This document shows, in pieces, positions 35,716-45,180 of a DNA stretch of 64,000 bases. Numbering within the stretch: the stretch's first letter is position 1; each line of letters begins with the position of its first letter. The stretch spans positions 96,001 to 160,000 of the forward strand of contig JBBIPC010000007.1 in NCBI GenBank assembly GCA_037443035.1. The letters are read 5' to 3'. The translations under genes and the position numbers were made by a program. The notes beneath the pieces were generated by a model. That model did not search any database. It was not told where the DNA came from and saw only the letters and a list, made by a program, of their open reading frames with translations. Source of the stretch: Chthonomonadales bacterium (GTDB lineage: Bacteria > Armatimonadota > Chthonomonadetes > Chthonomonadales > CAJBBX01).

Positions 35716-36966
35716 TTATTCCATCTCACCCGCGCCCCTGGTGCTATCACCGGCACCGGACGTCAGGTTCTGAATCACCGAGATCAGCGGCATGAACATG
35801 GCGATGACGATGAAGCCTACGCAGAAGCCCAGCACGACGATGAGCACGGGCTCGATGGCCGAGGTCAGGCTCTGGAGCGTTGCCTCGACCTCTTGCTCGT
35901 AGAACTCCGCAATCTTCGTCAGCATGGAGTCCAGAGCACCAGACTCCTCCCCAATGGAGATCATGTGGACCACCATGGGTGGGAACATGCGGCTCTTCTC
36001 CAGCGGGTCGTTGATCCGGTCGCCCTCCCGTATTCGGGCACGGGCCTGCATGATCGCCTCAGCGATAATCCCGTTGCCCACCGTGCCTGCCACTGTTTCC
36101 ATAGCCTGGAGAATGGGCACGCCGGACACGAGCAGAGTGCCAAGCGTTCGCGCGAAGCGTGCGAGCGTGATCTTGTGATGGAGCTTGCCGAAGACCGGTA
36201 CCTTCAGTTTGATCCGGTCTATGACTCGCCTACCCACTCGGGTCGTGCCGAAGTACTTGATGGCCAGGTAGGTGACGATGATGATGAGCAGCCCCATCCA
36301 CCAGCGGCTCTTCAGGAAGTCACTGAAATCCACCAAGAGCTGCGTCATCCAGGGAAGCTCCTTGACGCCAAGGTCGCGGAACAGTTCGATGAACTTGGGC
36401 ACGATGAACGTCGTCAGTCCTACCACGATACCGACGGCAACCACGACGACGATCACAGGATAGGTCATGGCTGCTTTCACCTTGCGGCGAAGCTCCATGT
36501 CCTTCTCCAAGAAGCCCGACAGTCTCTGGAGCGCCTCCTCCAGCACACCACCGACCTCCCCTGCTCGGACCAGACCGATGAACAGGTTGTTGAAGGTCTT
36601 GGGGTACTTGGACATGGCCTTGGATAGTGTGTTACCCGCTTCGACCTCCTGCTGAAGGTCCAGGATGATCCGCTTCAGCTTGGGGTTCTGGGTCTGTTCG
36701 CCAAGCACGTCGAGAGCGCGCACCAACGATACACCGGCGTCTATCATCGTCGAGAACTGCCGGCAGAAGACCGACAGGTCCCCCAGCTTGACGCGGCCCC
36801 ATCCGCCACCCGGCTTCCTCCGGCCTGCGGCGGTCTGCGTAATATCCGCGACAGTGAAGCCCTGCTCCTGCAGCCGTCGCCGCAGTACTTCGGCGTTATC
36901 CGCCTCGGACGTGCCTGTGCGCGTCTGTCCTGAGGCATCTCGCACTGTGTAGCTGAACGTTGCCAT
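35716..36966 (-). CDS. pilC: type IV pilus platform protein PilC (T2SSF family)
   Basis: FCRQFSTMIDAGV, AGEVGGVLE, AAMTYP, FARTLGTLLVSGVP, IGEESGALD, AMFMP. Confidence 0.96.
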   Translation of the reverse strand: MATFSYTVRDASGQTRTGTSEADNAEVLRRRLQEQGFTVADITQTAAGRRKPGGGWGRVKLGDLSVFCRQFSTMIDAGVSLVRALDVLGEQTQNPKLKRIILDLQQEVEAGNTLSKAMSKYPKTFNNLFIGLVRAGEVGGVLEEALQRLSGFLEKDMELRRKVKAAMTYPVIVVVVAVGIVVGLTTFIVPKFIELFRDLGVKELPWMTQLLVDFSDFLKSRWWMGLLIIIVTYLAIKYFGTTRVGRRVIDRIKLKVPVFGKLHHKITLARFARTLGTLLVSGVPILQAMETVAGTVGNGIIAEAIMQARARIREGDRINDPLEKSRMFPPMVVHMISIGEESGALDSMLTKIAEFYEQEVEATLQSLTSAIEPVLIVVLGFCVGFIVIAMFMPLISVIQNLTSGAGDSTRGAGEME

Positions 36967-37008
36967 ATCGGTATCCTCCTGGCAGGCCGTGTGCCTGCCT
37001 CGTCGGCC

Positions 37009-38250
37009 TTAGACCGGTCTGGTGCCAACTGCCCCCGGAGGTGCCATGGTCGCCGTACGGATCATCTTCTCCAGTTCCGGCGGGTTCATGGCGCGCTCCA
37101 TGGCTATCTCGTACGTGATGAGTCCGCGCAGATAGAGATCGCGCAGGCTCTGGTCCATGGTCTGCATGCCAAGATTGGCGCTCGTCTGGATCATGGAGGT
37201 GATCTGGTGCGCCTTGTTTTCGCGGATCAGGTTGCGGATGGCCGGGCTAGCCGTCATGATCTCCATGGCGCAGATACGACCCGGCTGGTTGGCTCGCGGG
37301 AGCAACTGCTGGCAGAGGATGGCCTGGAGGTTGTTGGAAAGCTGCAATCGCACTTGCTCCTGCTGTCCAGGCGGGAAGGAGTCCACGATGCGTTCCACCG
37401 ATGTCGCCGCACTGTTCGTATGCAACGTGGCAAAGACCAGGTGGCCCGTCTCCGCTGCCGAAACCGCCATCTGCATGGTTTCCAGGTCGCGCATTTCGCC
37501 CACGAGGATCACATCCGGATCTTCGCGCAAGGCAGCGCGCAGCGCATTTGCGAACGCCAGCGTATCGCCTCCCACCTCGCGCTGATTGATGATGCTGAAC
37601 TTGTGCGTATGCAGATACTCGATGGGGTCCTCGATAGTCAGGATGTGCACACTCCGCTCGTTGTTGATCTGGTTGATCATGGCAGCAAGAGTGGTGGACT
37701 TACCAGACCCTGTGGGGCCTGTGACGAGAATTAGGCCACGCGGCAGGCGAGTTAGTTCCTCGAGGACCGGTGGTAGGCTCAGGTCACGCAGTGTCGGGAT
37801 TCGGGAAGGTATGACGCGGAACGCGCTGGCAACGTTGCCTCTGTCTCGATAAACGTTCACGCGGAAGCGGGAAAGCCGAGCCAGCGAATACGAGAAGTCC
37901 AGTTCGAAGGTTGTCTCGAAGCGCTGGATCTGATCGTCGGTGAGAATGTCATAGACGAGGCGCTGCGATTCCTGCGGCGTTACTTTCTCATAGTTGGTGG
38001 GCAATAGCTGACCGTCCACGCGGATGATGGGCGGCACACCGACGGACAGGTGCAGATCCGACCCGCCCTTCTCTACAACGATCCGCAAGAGGTCATCTAC
38101 ATGGGCGTCCTCCAGTGGTCGTGGACGCGCGGCAGCGGCCGTAGCCGTCGCCGTACCGGCCGGCTGCGGCGCTGGCTGTGGTAGTGGTATAGTTTGCTCA
38201 GACAATCCGACCTTCCTTGCCTCATGCGCTCCGTTAACAGCGGCGCGCAT
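37009..38250 (-). CDS. pilT: type IV pilus retraction ATPase PilT
   Basis: SDLHLSVG, GPTGSGKSTT, TIEDPIE, LREDPDVILVGEMRD, GHLVFATLHT, AIRNLIRE (PilT-specific). Confidence 0.96.
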   Translation of the reverse strand: MRAAVNGAHEARKVGLSEQTIPLPQPAPQPAGTATATAAAARPRPLEDAHVDDLLRIVVEKGGSDLHLSVGVPPIIRVDGQLLPTNYEKVTPQESQRLVYDILTDDQIQRFETTFELDFSYSLARLSRFRVNVYRDRGNVASAFRVIPSRIPTLRDLSLPPVLEELTRLPRGLILVTGPTGSGKSTTLAAMINQINNERSVHILTIEDPIEYLHTHKFSIINQREVGGDTLAFANALRAALREDPDVILVGEMRDLETMQMAVSAAETGHLVFATLHTNSAATSVERIVDSFPPGQQEQVRLQLSNNLQAILCQQLLPRANQPGRICAMEIMTASPAIRNLIRENKAHQITSMIQTSANLGMQTMDQSLRDLYLRGLITYEIAMERAMNPPELEKMIRTATMAPPGAVGTRPV

Positions 38251-38356
38251 GCATAGTCTTCTGAGAGTTTCTCGCTAAACCATTGTCATTACTACACGTC
38301 ACCCTGGCACTTGTTTCCCTGGATACGACGCCTCCGGCGATCCCATCGGGCCCGTC

Positions 38357-40147
38357 TCAGTCTACGCCAGCGGTGAATACGACGCGGCGCACTTCCTCAG
38401 GGGTCGTTATGCCTTCCAGGACTTTCAGCAGACCGTCCTCGCGCAGCTCCAGCATACCGTTGGCCTTGGCCGCATCTCGGATATCGGCCAACGGAGCACG
38501 CCGCACGACTAGTTCAGCGATCTCGTCGTTCATGCGTAGTAACGAGTAGATCCCTAGTCGTCCTCGATAGCCGGTGTGACGGCACTGCTCGCAGCCCCGT
38601 CCACGCCACAGCGTGATCTTCTGGTCTGGGTTCTCGGGCTTGAAGCCGAAGCGTCGTAGGTACGCCGCTTCCTCTTCGTACGGCTCCTTGCAGTTCTGGC
38701 AGACCTTTCGTGCCAGGCGCTGGGCCAGAACGCCAATAACCGTTGCGGAGATGAGGTACGGCTCCACACCCATATCGATCATACGAATGACCGCTGATGG
38801 CGCGTCGTTCGTGTGAAGGGTCGAGAGGACAAGGTGCCCCGTCAGAGCGGACTCGATAGCGATTTCCGCCGTCTCCAGGTCGCGCATTTCGCCGACCATG
38901 ATGATGTCAGGGTCTTGCCGCAGGAAGGACCGGAGCGCGTTACTGAACGTAAGTCCTGCCTTCCTGTTCACCTGCACCTGCGTAATACCCGGCAACTGGT
39001 ACTCGATAGGGTCTTCGATGGTCAGGATGTTGACTTCTACGGAGTTCAGCTTGTGGAGGACGCTGTATTGCGTTGTCGTCTTGCCCGATCCGGTCGGCCC
39101 CGTGGACAGCACCATGCCCTGGGGCTGGCTCACCAGCTCTTCTAGTTGTGCCTGGGTCTCGGGAGAGAACCCGAGCTTGTTGAGGCCAATGAGAACGCTG
39201 CTCTTATCGAGAATACGACAGACGATCTTCTCGCCATGGGCGTTGGGCAGACACGACACGCGTAGGTCGTAGTCCTTACCCTGATAGGTAATGGGGATAC
39301 GCCCGTCCTGGGGTACGCGCCGCTCGGCGATGTTCATTTCGGCCATGATCTTGAAACGGGAAATGAGCGGCGGCTGGATGTACTTCGGCATGGTCATGGT
39401 CTCGTGGAGAACGCCGTCCACCCTGTAGCGGATTCTGACGCCGCGCCGCTGTGGCTCGATATGGATGTCCGACGCATCTTCCTTGATCGCCTGCTGGATC
39501 AGAGCGTTGGCCACCCGGATAACGGGAGCCTCATCAGCCATGGCGACCGCAGCTTCTTCATCCTCATCCACGGCCATATCGCCGGACGAACCGATCTTTG
39601 CTGTGTTCTCCCTGATCTCCGCGTAAAGATCCGACATCCGACTGACTGCTGTCGGCCCCGAGACCGGTGCCGGGGTCTGATCGCCTCCCTGAGCAGCCGC
39701 CTGCGTCTGAGATCCGTACGCCCGGTTGATGGCATCTTCGATCGCCGTTGCCGACGCCAGGGCCGCCTTGATCGTGCATCGAGATACCAGGCGCAGATCG
39801 TCGGCCGCGTAGGGGTTATTGACGTCCGCCATGGCGACGATGAGCGTGTTCGTCGCCGAATCCTTCTTCACCGGAATGACATTGTGACGCCGGGCAATGT
39901 GCTCGGGCACCAGGTTCACGGCGCTCGGTTCAGGAGCGAACTTGCCGAGATCCACGAAGGGAATGTTCAGCTCCTGGGCTCGCGCTTCGGCCACATCGCG
40001 CTCCGAGACGAGACCTTGTTCGATGAGAATCTTCCCTAGGTCCGCCCGAGACTGCCTCTGCGCCTCACGTGCCTGCTGGAGTTGTTCGGGCGTGATGAGC
40101 CCCTTCTCCACCAGGTAATCGCCCATGCTCTTCCGTGCTATCGCCAT
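38357..40147 (-). CDS. pilB: type IV pilus extension ATPase PilB with MshEN-like N-domain
   Basis: ASDIHIEP, ERRVPQDGRI, GPTGSGKTT, LRQDPDIIMVGEMRD, CQNC and CEQC zinc site; start at ATG 40147. Confidence 0.95.
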   Translation of the reverse strand: MAIARKSMGDYLVEKGLITPEQLQQAREAQRQSRADLGKILIEQGLVSERDVAEARAQELNIPFVDLGKFAPEPSAVNLVPEHIARRHNVIPVKKDSATNTLIVAMADVNNPYAADDLRLVSRCTIKAALASATAIEDAINRAYGSQTQAAAQGGDQTPAPVSGPTAVSRMSDLYAEIRENTAKIGSSGDMAVDEDEEAAVAMADEAPVIRVANALIQQAIKEDASDIHIEPQRRGVRIRYRVDGVLHETMTMPKYIQPPLISRFKIMAEMNIAERRVPQDGRIPITYQGKDYDLRVSCLPNAHGEKIVCRILDKSSVLIGLNKLGFSPETQAQLEELVSQPQGMVLSTGPTGSGKTTTQYSVLHKLNSVEVNILTIEDPIEYQLPGITQVQVNRKAGLTFSNALRSFLRQDPDIIMVGEMRDLETAEIAIESALTGHLVLSTLHTNDAPSAVIRMIDMGVEPYLISATVIGVLAQRLARKVCQNCKEPYEEEAAYLRRFGFKPENPDQKITLWRGRGCEQCRHTGYRGRLGIYSLLRMNDEIAELVVRRAPLADIRDAAKANGMLELREDGLLKVLEGITTPEEVRRVVFTAGVD

Positions 40148-40254
40148 TGTGATCCACCTGACCTCTTTCGATCGCGCGCCGGCGCATCCGATATCCTCAG
40201 GCGCTCTACGGAGTGCGAATCTCCCGTGTCCCAACGAGGACACGGACTCTCTCG

Positions 40255-40263
40255 ATTATATCA
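40255..40263 (-). promoter_or_regulatory. extended -10 promoter upstream of pilB
   Basis: minus strand TGaTATAAT in the aroE-pilB gap. Confidence 0.55.
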
Positions 40264-40301
40264 CACCCACCTCAGTGCCGCAACCGCTGTCGCCCACCGA
40301 T

Positions 40302-41174
40302 TCATGTCCCGTTGCCAGCACTCAGGGCTGCCTCTACCGCCGCTGCCATTGCGTTCACATCGGGCTCCTCCTGAAACCAAATCCGGTACGATGCCGCGCC
40401 CTGATGCACGAGCATGGGTACGCCGTTCATGGTCCGACATCCTGCGCGGCGTGCCTCTGCCAGAAACTTCGTCTCCGGTGGACGGTAGACCAAGTCCACC
40501 ACGAGCATCGTGGACCGCAGAGAGGTCAACCGGACCGGTGGCATGCTTCCCTCGCGCGGGGTCATCCCAGCAGACGTTGCGTTCACCACAACAGCGGCGT
40601 CCTCGAGCGCAGCGATCTCCTCCGGCGACCCAGGTACTGCTACCGTAAGATGGCCAGGTCGCAACAGGCTGGAGCCCACCCATTCCACCAGTTCTTCGGC
40701 CCGCTGCATGGTGCGGTTGACGACCGTCACTTGCCCACCAGCCCTCAGAGCCGCGTAAACGACGGCCCTTGCTGCACCGCCGGCACCGTAGACTACCGTT
40801 CGAACACCAGACAGGTCGGCACCGGCTTGTTTGACGGCCGCGGAGAACCCTTCGACATCCGTGTTATAACCAATCATGCGGCGGCCATCGAAACGCACCG
40901 TGTTCACGGCTCCGAGCAGTTCAGCCTCGGTCGAGAGCTCGTCCATCAGTTCTACGGCCGGTACCTTGTGAGGGATCGTCAGATTCACACCAGCGAAACC
41001 CATTGCCCTGGCGCCGTACAGCGCCGATGCCAGATCTTCTGGGGTGACGTGGAACGCTGCGTAGACGCACGGCAGCCCTGCGGCCTGAAGCGCCGCATTA
41101 TGCATCTGGGGTGACAGTGAGTGCTCAACTGGAAAGCCGAAAACGCCGGCCACGCGGGTCTCTGCGGTGATCAA
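40302..41174 (-). CDS. aroE: shikimate dehydrogenase
   Basis: GFPVEHSLSPQMHN, NLTIPHK, GAVNT, GYNTDVEGF, GAGGAARA, NATSAGM, DLVY, MLVHQG; TTG start with AAGGAGGAG RBS. Confidence 0.95.
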   Translation of the reverse strand: MITAETRVAGVFGFPVEHSLSPQMHNAALQAAGLPCVYAAFHVTPEDLASALYGARAMGFAGVNLTIPHKVPAVELMDELSTEAELLGAVNTVRFDGRRMIGYNTDVEGFSAAVKQAGADLSGVRTVVYGAGGAARAVVYAALRAGGQVTVVNRTMQRAEELVEWVGSSLLRPGHLTVAVPGSPEEIAALEDAAVVVNATSAGMTPREGSMPPVRLTSLRSTMLVVDLVYRPPETKFLAEARRAGCRTMNGVPMLVHQGAASYRIWFQEEPDVNAMAAAVEAALSAGNGT

Positions 41175-41376
41175 GCCTCGTCGAGACTCCTCCTTGTGTC
41201 GTTGACGACGAACGTCGTTCGGATGTTCCAGACAGTACACGGAGCCGCGAGATGAACCACGCCGCAATCGGTGGCGTTCGCGATGTCACCTCGTCCGAGC
41301 CACGTGCGGCATGGCCCAGTCTGGCGACACTGCAATAGGACTGCCGACAGCGGCTCGGCAGTATGTCCATGGGCTA

Positions 41377-43026
41377 TCACGGCGTCACGTGCCCGGCCTG
41401 TTCCCGGAACTGTTCCTCGCAGGCCTGCCATTTGGCTGATAGCCGCCGCACCAGATCGGGGAATTGGCTTGCCAGGTTCCGCATCTCGCTGCGATCGGTG
41501 CGCATGTCGTACAGCTCCCAAGGTCCACCAGCCCTGGCGACGAGTTTCCAATCTTCTTGCCGAATCGCCCGGTGCCCGATATGGTGGAAATATAGGTACT
41601 CCCTCGGCACATCGGCATCACGGTTGAAAACTCCGCAGAGACTCCTTCCCGGCAGTGGAGGAGCCTGGTGGCCGTTCCATCGAGGCTCCACAGGAGAAGC
41701 AGCAAGGTCCACCAGCGTCGGGATGACATCAATGAAATGGCAGACGGCATGGCGAAGCTCGTCGCGCCCAGCAATGCCCCTTGGCCAATGGAGGATGAGG
41801 GGTGATGAGATGCCTCCTTCGTGCACCCATGACTTGTGGAGACGGAAGGGGGTGTTGGAGGCGGTGGACCAACCAGGCCCCAGGCACAGGAACGTCCCCG
41901 CCGAGCCTGGATCGGCGCTCTTGTCGTGCATGTCTCCGCGGATGATCTGCTCCGCGCTGGCGCCGTTATCGGACACGAAGAGGATCAACGTGTCATCCAG
42001 AACGCCCATCCTCTCTATCTCACGCAGGATGCGGCCGATTTCCATGTCCATCCGGTCTACCATGGCCGCGTGAATGGCCATCTTCGTGGCCTGGAACCTC
42101 TTCTGCTCCTCGGTGAGACTCTCCCACGGCACAGCCCGCGGCGCTTCGCCAGCCCCGATCTTCTCCTTCAGCTCCGCCGCGGTCAGATTCCAGTCTGGGA
42201 TGATCTCCGGATCCGGAGGTGGCAGGGGGCAGTTGACCAGCCCCATCTCTCGCATGCGCTGCCACCGCTCATGGCGAATCCGATCCCAGCCGACCATATA
42301 CCGATCTCGGTACCGTTCGATGTCTTCCCGGAGGGCATGGAGCGGGAAATGGGGCGACGTGAAGGCCAGATAGAGGAGGAAGGGAGCGCCTTGGTAGTCG
42401 CGTTCGTGCTCTCTGAGAAACTGGAGTCCTCGTTCGGCTATATGCGTCGTCAGGTAGAACCCAGAGCCAGGCCGCACCGGTGGAAGCGGCTTGTCGTCAA
42501 GTTCATGTTTCTGCGGCGCGAAGTACCGGTCGTGGTCGTGGATCACGTAGGACCGATCGAAATGGCCGTCGGCGACGACTTTCGGCGCTCCCATGAGGTG
42601 CCACTTCCCCGAGTGGTAACACCTATAGCCAACCGGCTTCAGGTAGTCCGGCAGAACCCGTGTCCAGGCAGGAAGGCGCCCTTGCGGCGGGTCCATACGA
42701 ACCTGCTGTGCGTAGTAGCCCGTCAGGAGGCATGCGCGGGATGGCCAACACCGCGCTGTGGAGTATGCCTGGGTGAAACGGAGGCCGTTGCGAGCTAGGC
42801 GGTCCAAGTGGACTGTCCGAACCTCGCCTCCGTAGCAGCCAGGGTCGCTGAACCCCATGTCGTCCGCTACTATTATAAGGATATTGGGTCGCCGGTTGCG
42901 CGTCTGTTCGGTCTCGGCGTCGTTTCGGTGCATAGCCATGCTTGCACTCCATGCCACAGAGCCACCCAGCATAGCGCGACGGGTAAGCCCGCGGTTAGCT
43001 TCGCGCTTGTTCGATGCCGTGATCAC
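41377..43026 (-). CDS. arylsulfatase (formylglycine-dependent), possible Tat signal
   Basis: RPNILIIVADDMGFSD, CWPSRACLLTG (CxPxR), GKWHL, SDNGA, HEGGI; N-terminal LTRRAML. Confidence 0.93.
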   Translation of the reverse strand: MITASNKREANRGLTRRAMLGGSVAWSASMAMHRNDAETEQTRNRRPNILIIVADDMGFSDPGCYGGEVRTVHLDRLARNGLRFTQAYSTARCWPSRACLLTGYYAQQVRMDPPQGRLPAWTRVLPDYLKPVGYRCYHSGKWHLMGAPKVVADGHFDRSYVIHDHDRYFAPQKHELDDKPLPPVRPGSGFYLTTHIAERGLQFLREHERDYQGAPFLLYLAFTSPHFPLHALREDIERYRDRYMVGWDRIRHERWQRMREMGLVNCPLPPPDPEIIPDWNLTAAELKEKIGAGEAPRAVPWESLTEEQKRFQATKMAIHAAMVDRMDMEIGRILREIERMGVLDDTLILFVSDNGASAEQIIRGDMHDKSADPGSAGTFLCLGPGWSTASNTPFRLHKSWVHEGGISSPLILHWPRGIAGRDELRHAVCHFIDVIPTLVDLAASPVEPRWNGHQAPPLPGRSLCGVFNRDADVPREYLYFHHIGHRAIRQEDWKLVARAGGPWELYDMRTDRSEMRNLASQFPDLVRRLSAKWQACEEQFREQAGHVTP

Positions 43027-43155
43027 GGTAACGGCTCTCCTGTCTGATCGAGTCGGGCTGGTCTCTACGCTAGTTCGTTGAGGACGGTCTCCGTTCCTGC
43101 CGACTTATCCCTGCCGTGGACTGTGGCCGACTGTCCGACAAGGTATAACGCTGGC

Positions 43156-44175
43156 ATGGCGGAGACAATGAGAGCGGCGCGTCTCTACGGAGCCCGGGAC
43201 GTGCGCATCGAGACGGTGGAGAGGCCGTCGGCCGGGCCGGGTGAACTACTCGTTCGCGTGCGGGCTGTAACGATCTGCCCTTCGGACTGGCGGATGTATG
43301 CGGATGGTCATGCGGGCGGTATCGTGCCCTCGCGTCCCATCATCCAGGGGCATGAGTTCGCCGGCGACGTCGTCGCGTGCGGGGACGGTGTGGTGGCACC
43401 GACCGTAGGAAGCCGCGTTGCAGTCGAGCCCAGTTGGCCATGCGGAGCGTGCGACATGTGCGCAAGCGGCAGGAGCAACATCTGCCGTCAGGTGCGGTTC
43501 CCGAGTTTCCCGCCCGTAGACGGCGCCCTGGCAGAGTACATTGTGTGCCCGGCCAGTGCCACCTGGCCTCTACCACGCGACGTGACCTACGAAGAAGGAG
43601 CGCTCGCAGAACCGCTCGGAGTGTCTATCCATGCTATGCGCCTCGCCAACGTGCACGCAGGCGAGAGCGTCTGCATACTGGGAGCGGGCGTCATCGGCAT
43701 AGGAGTTCTCTTTCTCAGCCTGCTCCGCCAAGCAGGACCCGTTACCGTCGTAGAACCAATCGCTGAGCGAAGACGCTGGTCTGCCGATCGCGGCAACTGC
43801 CGTGCCGTGGCAACCTTCACGGAACTAGTCGAGGTCGGCTACGAAGCCGATGTGGTCCTGGAGTGCTCGGGGGATAGCAGTGCGCTGGATCAAGCCGTAA
43901 GGCTGGCCCGCCCGGGAGGCCGCATCGTGGTCGTAGGCATACCGCGCGACGAACGCATTACCTTCGACATGTCCATCGCCCGGCGCCACGAACTGACCGT
44001 CCTATTCTCCCGACGCTCCCACGGCACGCTGTCCGAAGCAGTGGACCTGCTGGGCACCAGGCAAGTGGACATGCGGAGCCTACCAATGGCGCATTTCCCC
44101 CTGGAGAGAACGGAGGATGCACTACTTCTTACGGGGCATCCTGGGCCGTATCTGCGGGCTGTGGTTGTCCCGTGA
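43156..44175 (+). CDS. zinc-dependent alcohol/sugar-alcohol dehydrogenase (MDR family)
   Basis: ICPSD, GHEFAG, CGACDMC...C structural zinc site, EPL, GAGVIG. Confidence 0.92.
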   Translation: MAETMRAARLYGARDVRIETVERPSAGPGELLVRVRAVTICPSDWRMYADGHAGGIVPSRPIIQGHEFAGDVVACGDGVVAPTVGSRVAVEPSWPCGACDMCASGRSNICRQVRFPSFPPVDGALAEYIVCPASATWPLPRDVTYEEGALAEPLGVSIHAMRLANVHAGESVCILGAGVIGIGVLFLSLLRQAGPVTVVEPIAERRRWSADRGNCRAVATFTELVEVGYEADVVLECSGDSSALDQAVRLARPGGRIVVVGIPRDERITFDMSIARRHELTVLFSRRSHGTLSEAVDLLGTRQVDMRSLPMAHFPLERTEDALLLTGHPGPYLRAVVVP

Positions 44176-45009
44176 CTTCGCGGCCTTCGTACGGACGCGA
44201 AGTCCTGCGGGTGTTCCGCTTCGCCATTCCGTGCCAGGCCAGGCAACGCGCGTTAGCCTGTGCACCTGGCTTATCAAGCCAACCGCTGCCCCATGCTCCG
44301 GCGCTTCCGACCTGAGCATCTGTCCCCATAGGAACGTGGCCACCACCAGAATGAGAGGCAGGGATCCTGCCGTCGCTGCCCCAATGCCATCGAGGCTATG
44401 TAGTCGTATGATGCCAATGGCCATGGCGACGCACGACCAGAGAACGCCCGCCACAGATAGCCAGACGTCCCATCCAGCCGTATCGGGCAGCAGCTCCGTC
44501 ATGCAGAAGCCGCATGTGAAGAGGACCGTGGCGGGCACCGTCCCGTAACCGACTACGGTGTAGGTGGCAGTGAAACCGCCGCTTCCTCCACACAACCTCA
44601 TCAACGGGTGGAATGCGCCTGCGACGATAACGGACAATGCAAGTACGACCAAAGCAGCGAGCGCAGCATAGGCGGCCGCCGTCGCGATCACGTGAATCAC
44701 CGAGTCGGCGTCCCAAGCTACCGGAGCGATGCTCCTCGCCCCGACGGAGGCAGCAATGGTAGCCACCACCGCCATCGTGGCCCCATGGATCACCACGAAG
44801 GCCGCCACTGAGGACCAACGCACCCCGTACGCGGCCTCGTTGAAGACGCCCGAAGGCTCGAGGAGGATGCGGAGCACCGTTGCCACCGACCAGGCCGCAG
44901 GTTCCTTATAACGAGGACGTACGGGCGGCATAGGCACGCCGTACGGGCGCCGGAAGCCCGTAGGCGGTGTAGGCGCCTCAGCCATGCTATGGAATGACGG
45001 CGATGCCAT
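44122..45009 (-). CDS. Yip1-family membrane protein
   Basis: ILLEPSGVF motif followed by about 5 TM helices with GGSGGFTATYTVVGY; converges on and overlaps the dehydrogenase 3' end. Confidence 0.65.
   Translation of the reverse strand: MASPSFHSMAEAPTPPTGFRRPYGVPMPPVRPRYKEPAAWSVATVLRILLEPSGVFNEAAYGVRWSSVAAFVVIHGATMAVVATIAASVGARSIAPVAWDADSVIHVIATAAAYAALAALVVLALSVIVAGAFHPLMRLCGGSGGFTATYTVVGYGTVPATVLFTCGFCMTELLPDTAGWDVWLSVAGVLWSCVAMAIGIIRLHSLDGIGAATAGSLPLILVVATFLWGQMLRSEAPEHGAAVGLISQVHRLTRVAWPGTEWRSGTPAGLRVRTKAAKSRDNHSPQIRPRMPRKK
44174..44204. terminator. hairpin at the convergent gene junction
   Basis: GACTTCGCG...CGCGAAGTC inverted repeat beginning at the dehydrogenase stop. Confidence 0.4.
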
Positions 45010-45180
45010 CTCCTCGACCTCTGCGCTCGCACCAGGGGATGCACATGAGGGACGCAACTGACGGCACGCATGTTCCGTCCCAGGCGTGAGCGAGCTCTTC
45101 CTCTAGTTCAGAGCGCTCACCCTCACGGTTTGATACGCGCGCTTAGCCGGCGAGGACCTGACAGGAAGCCGGGCGGCTGC

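Noticed and set aside
5856..40147. Type II secretion system rather than a pilus
   Set aside because: PilT with AIRNLIRE, a separate PilM and PilN with INLLP point to T4aP; a secretory role is not excluded
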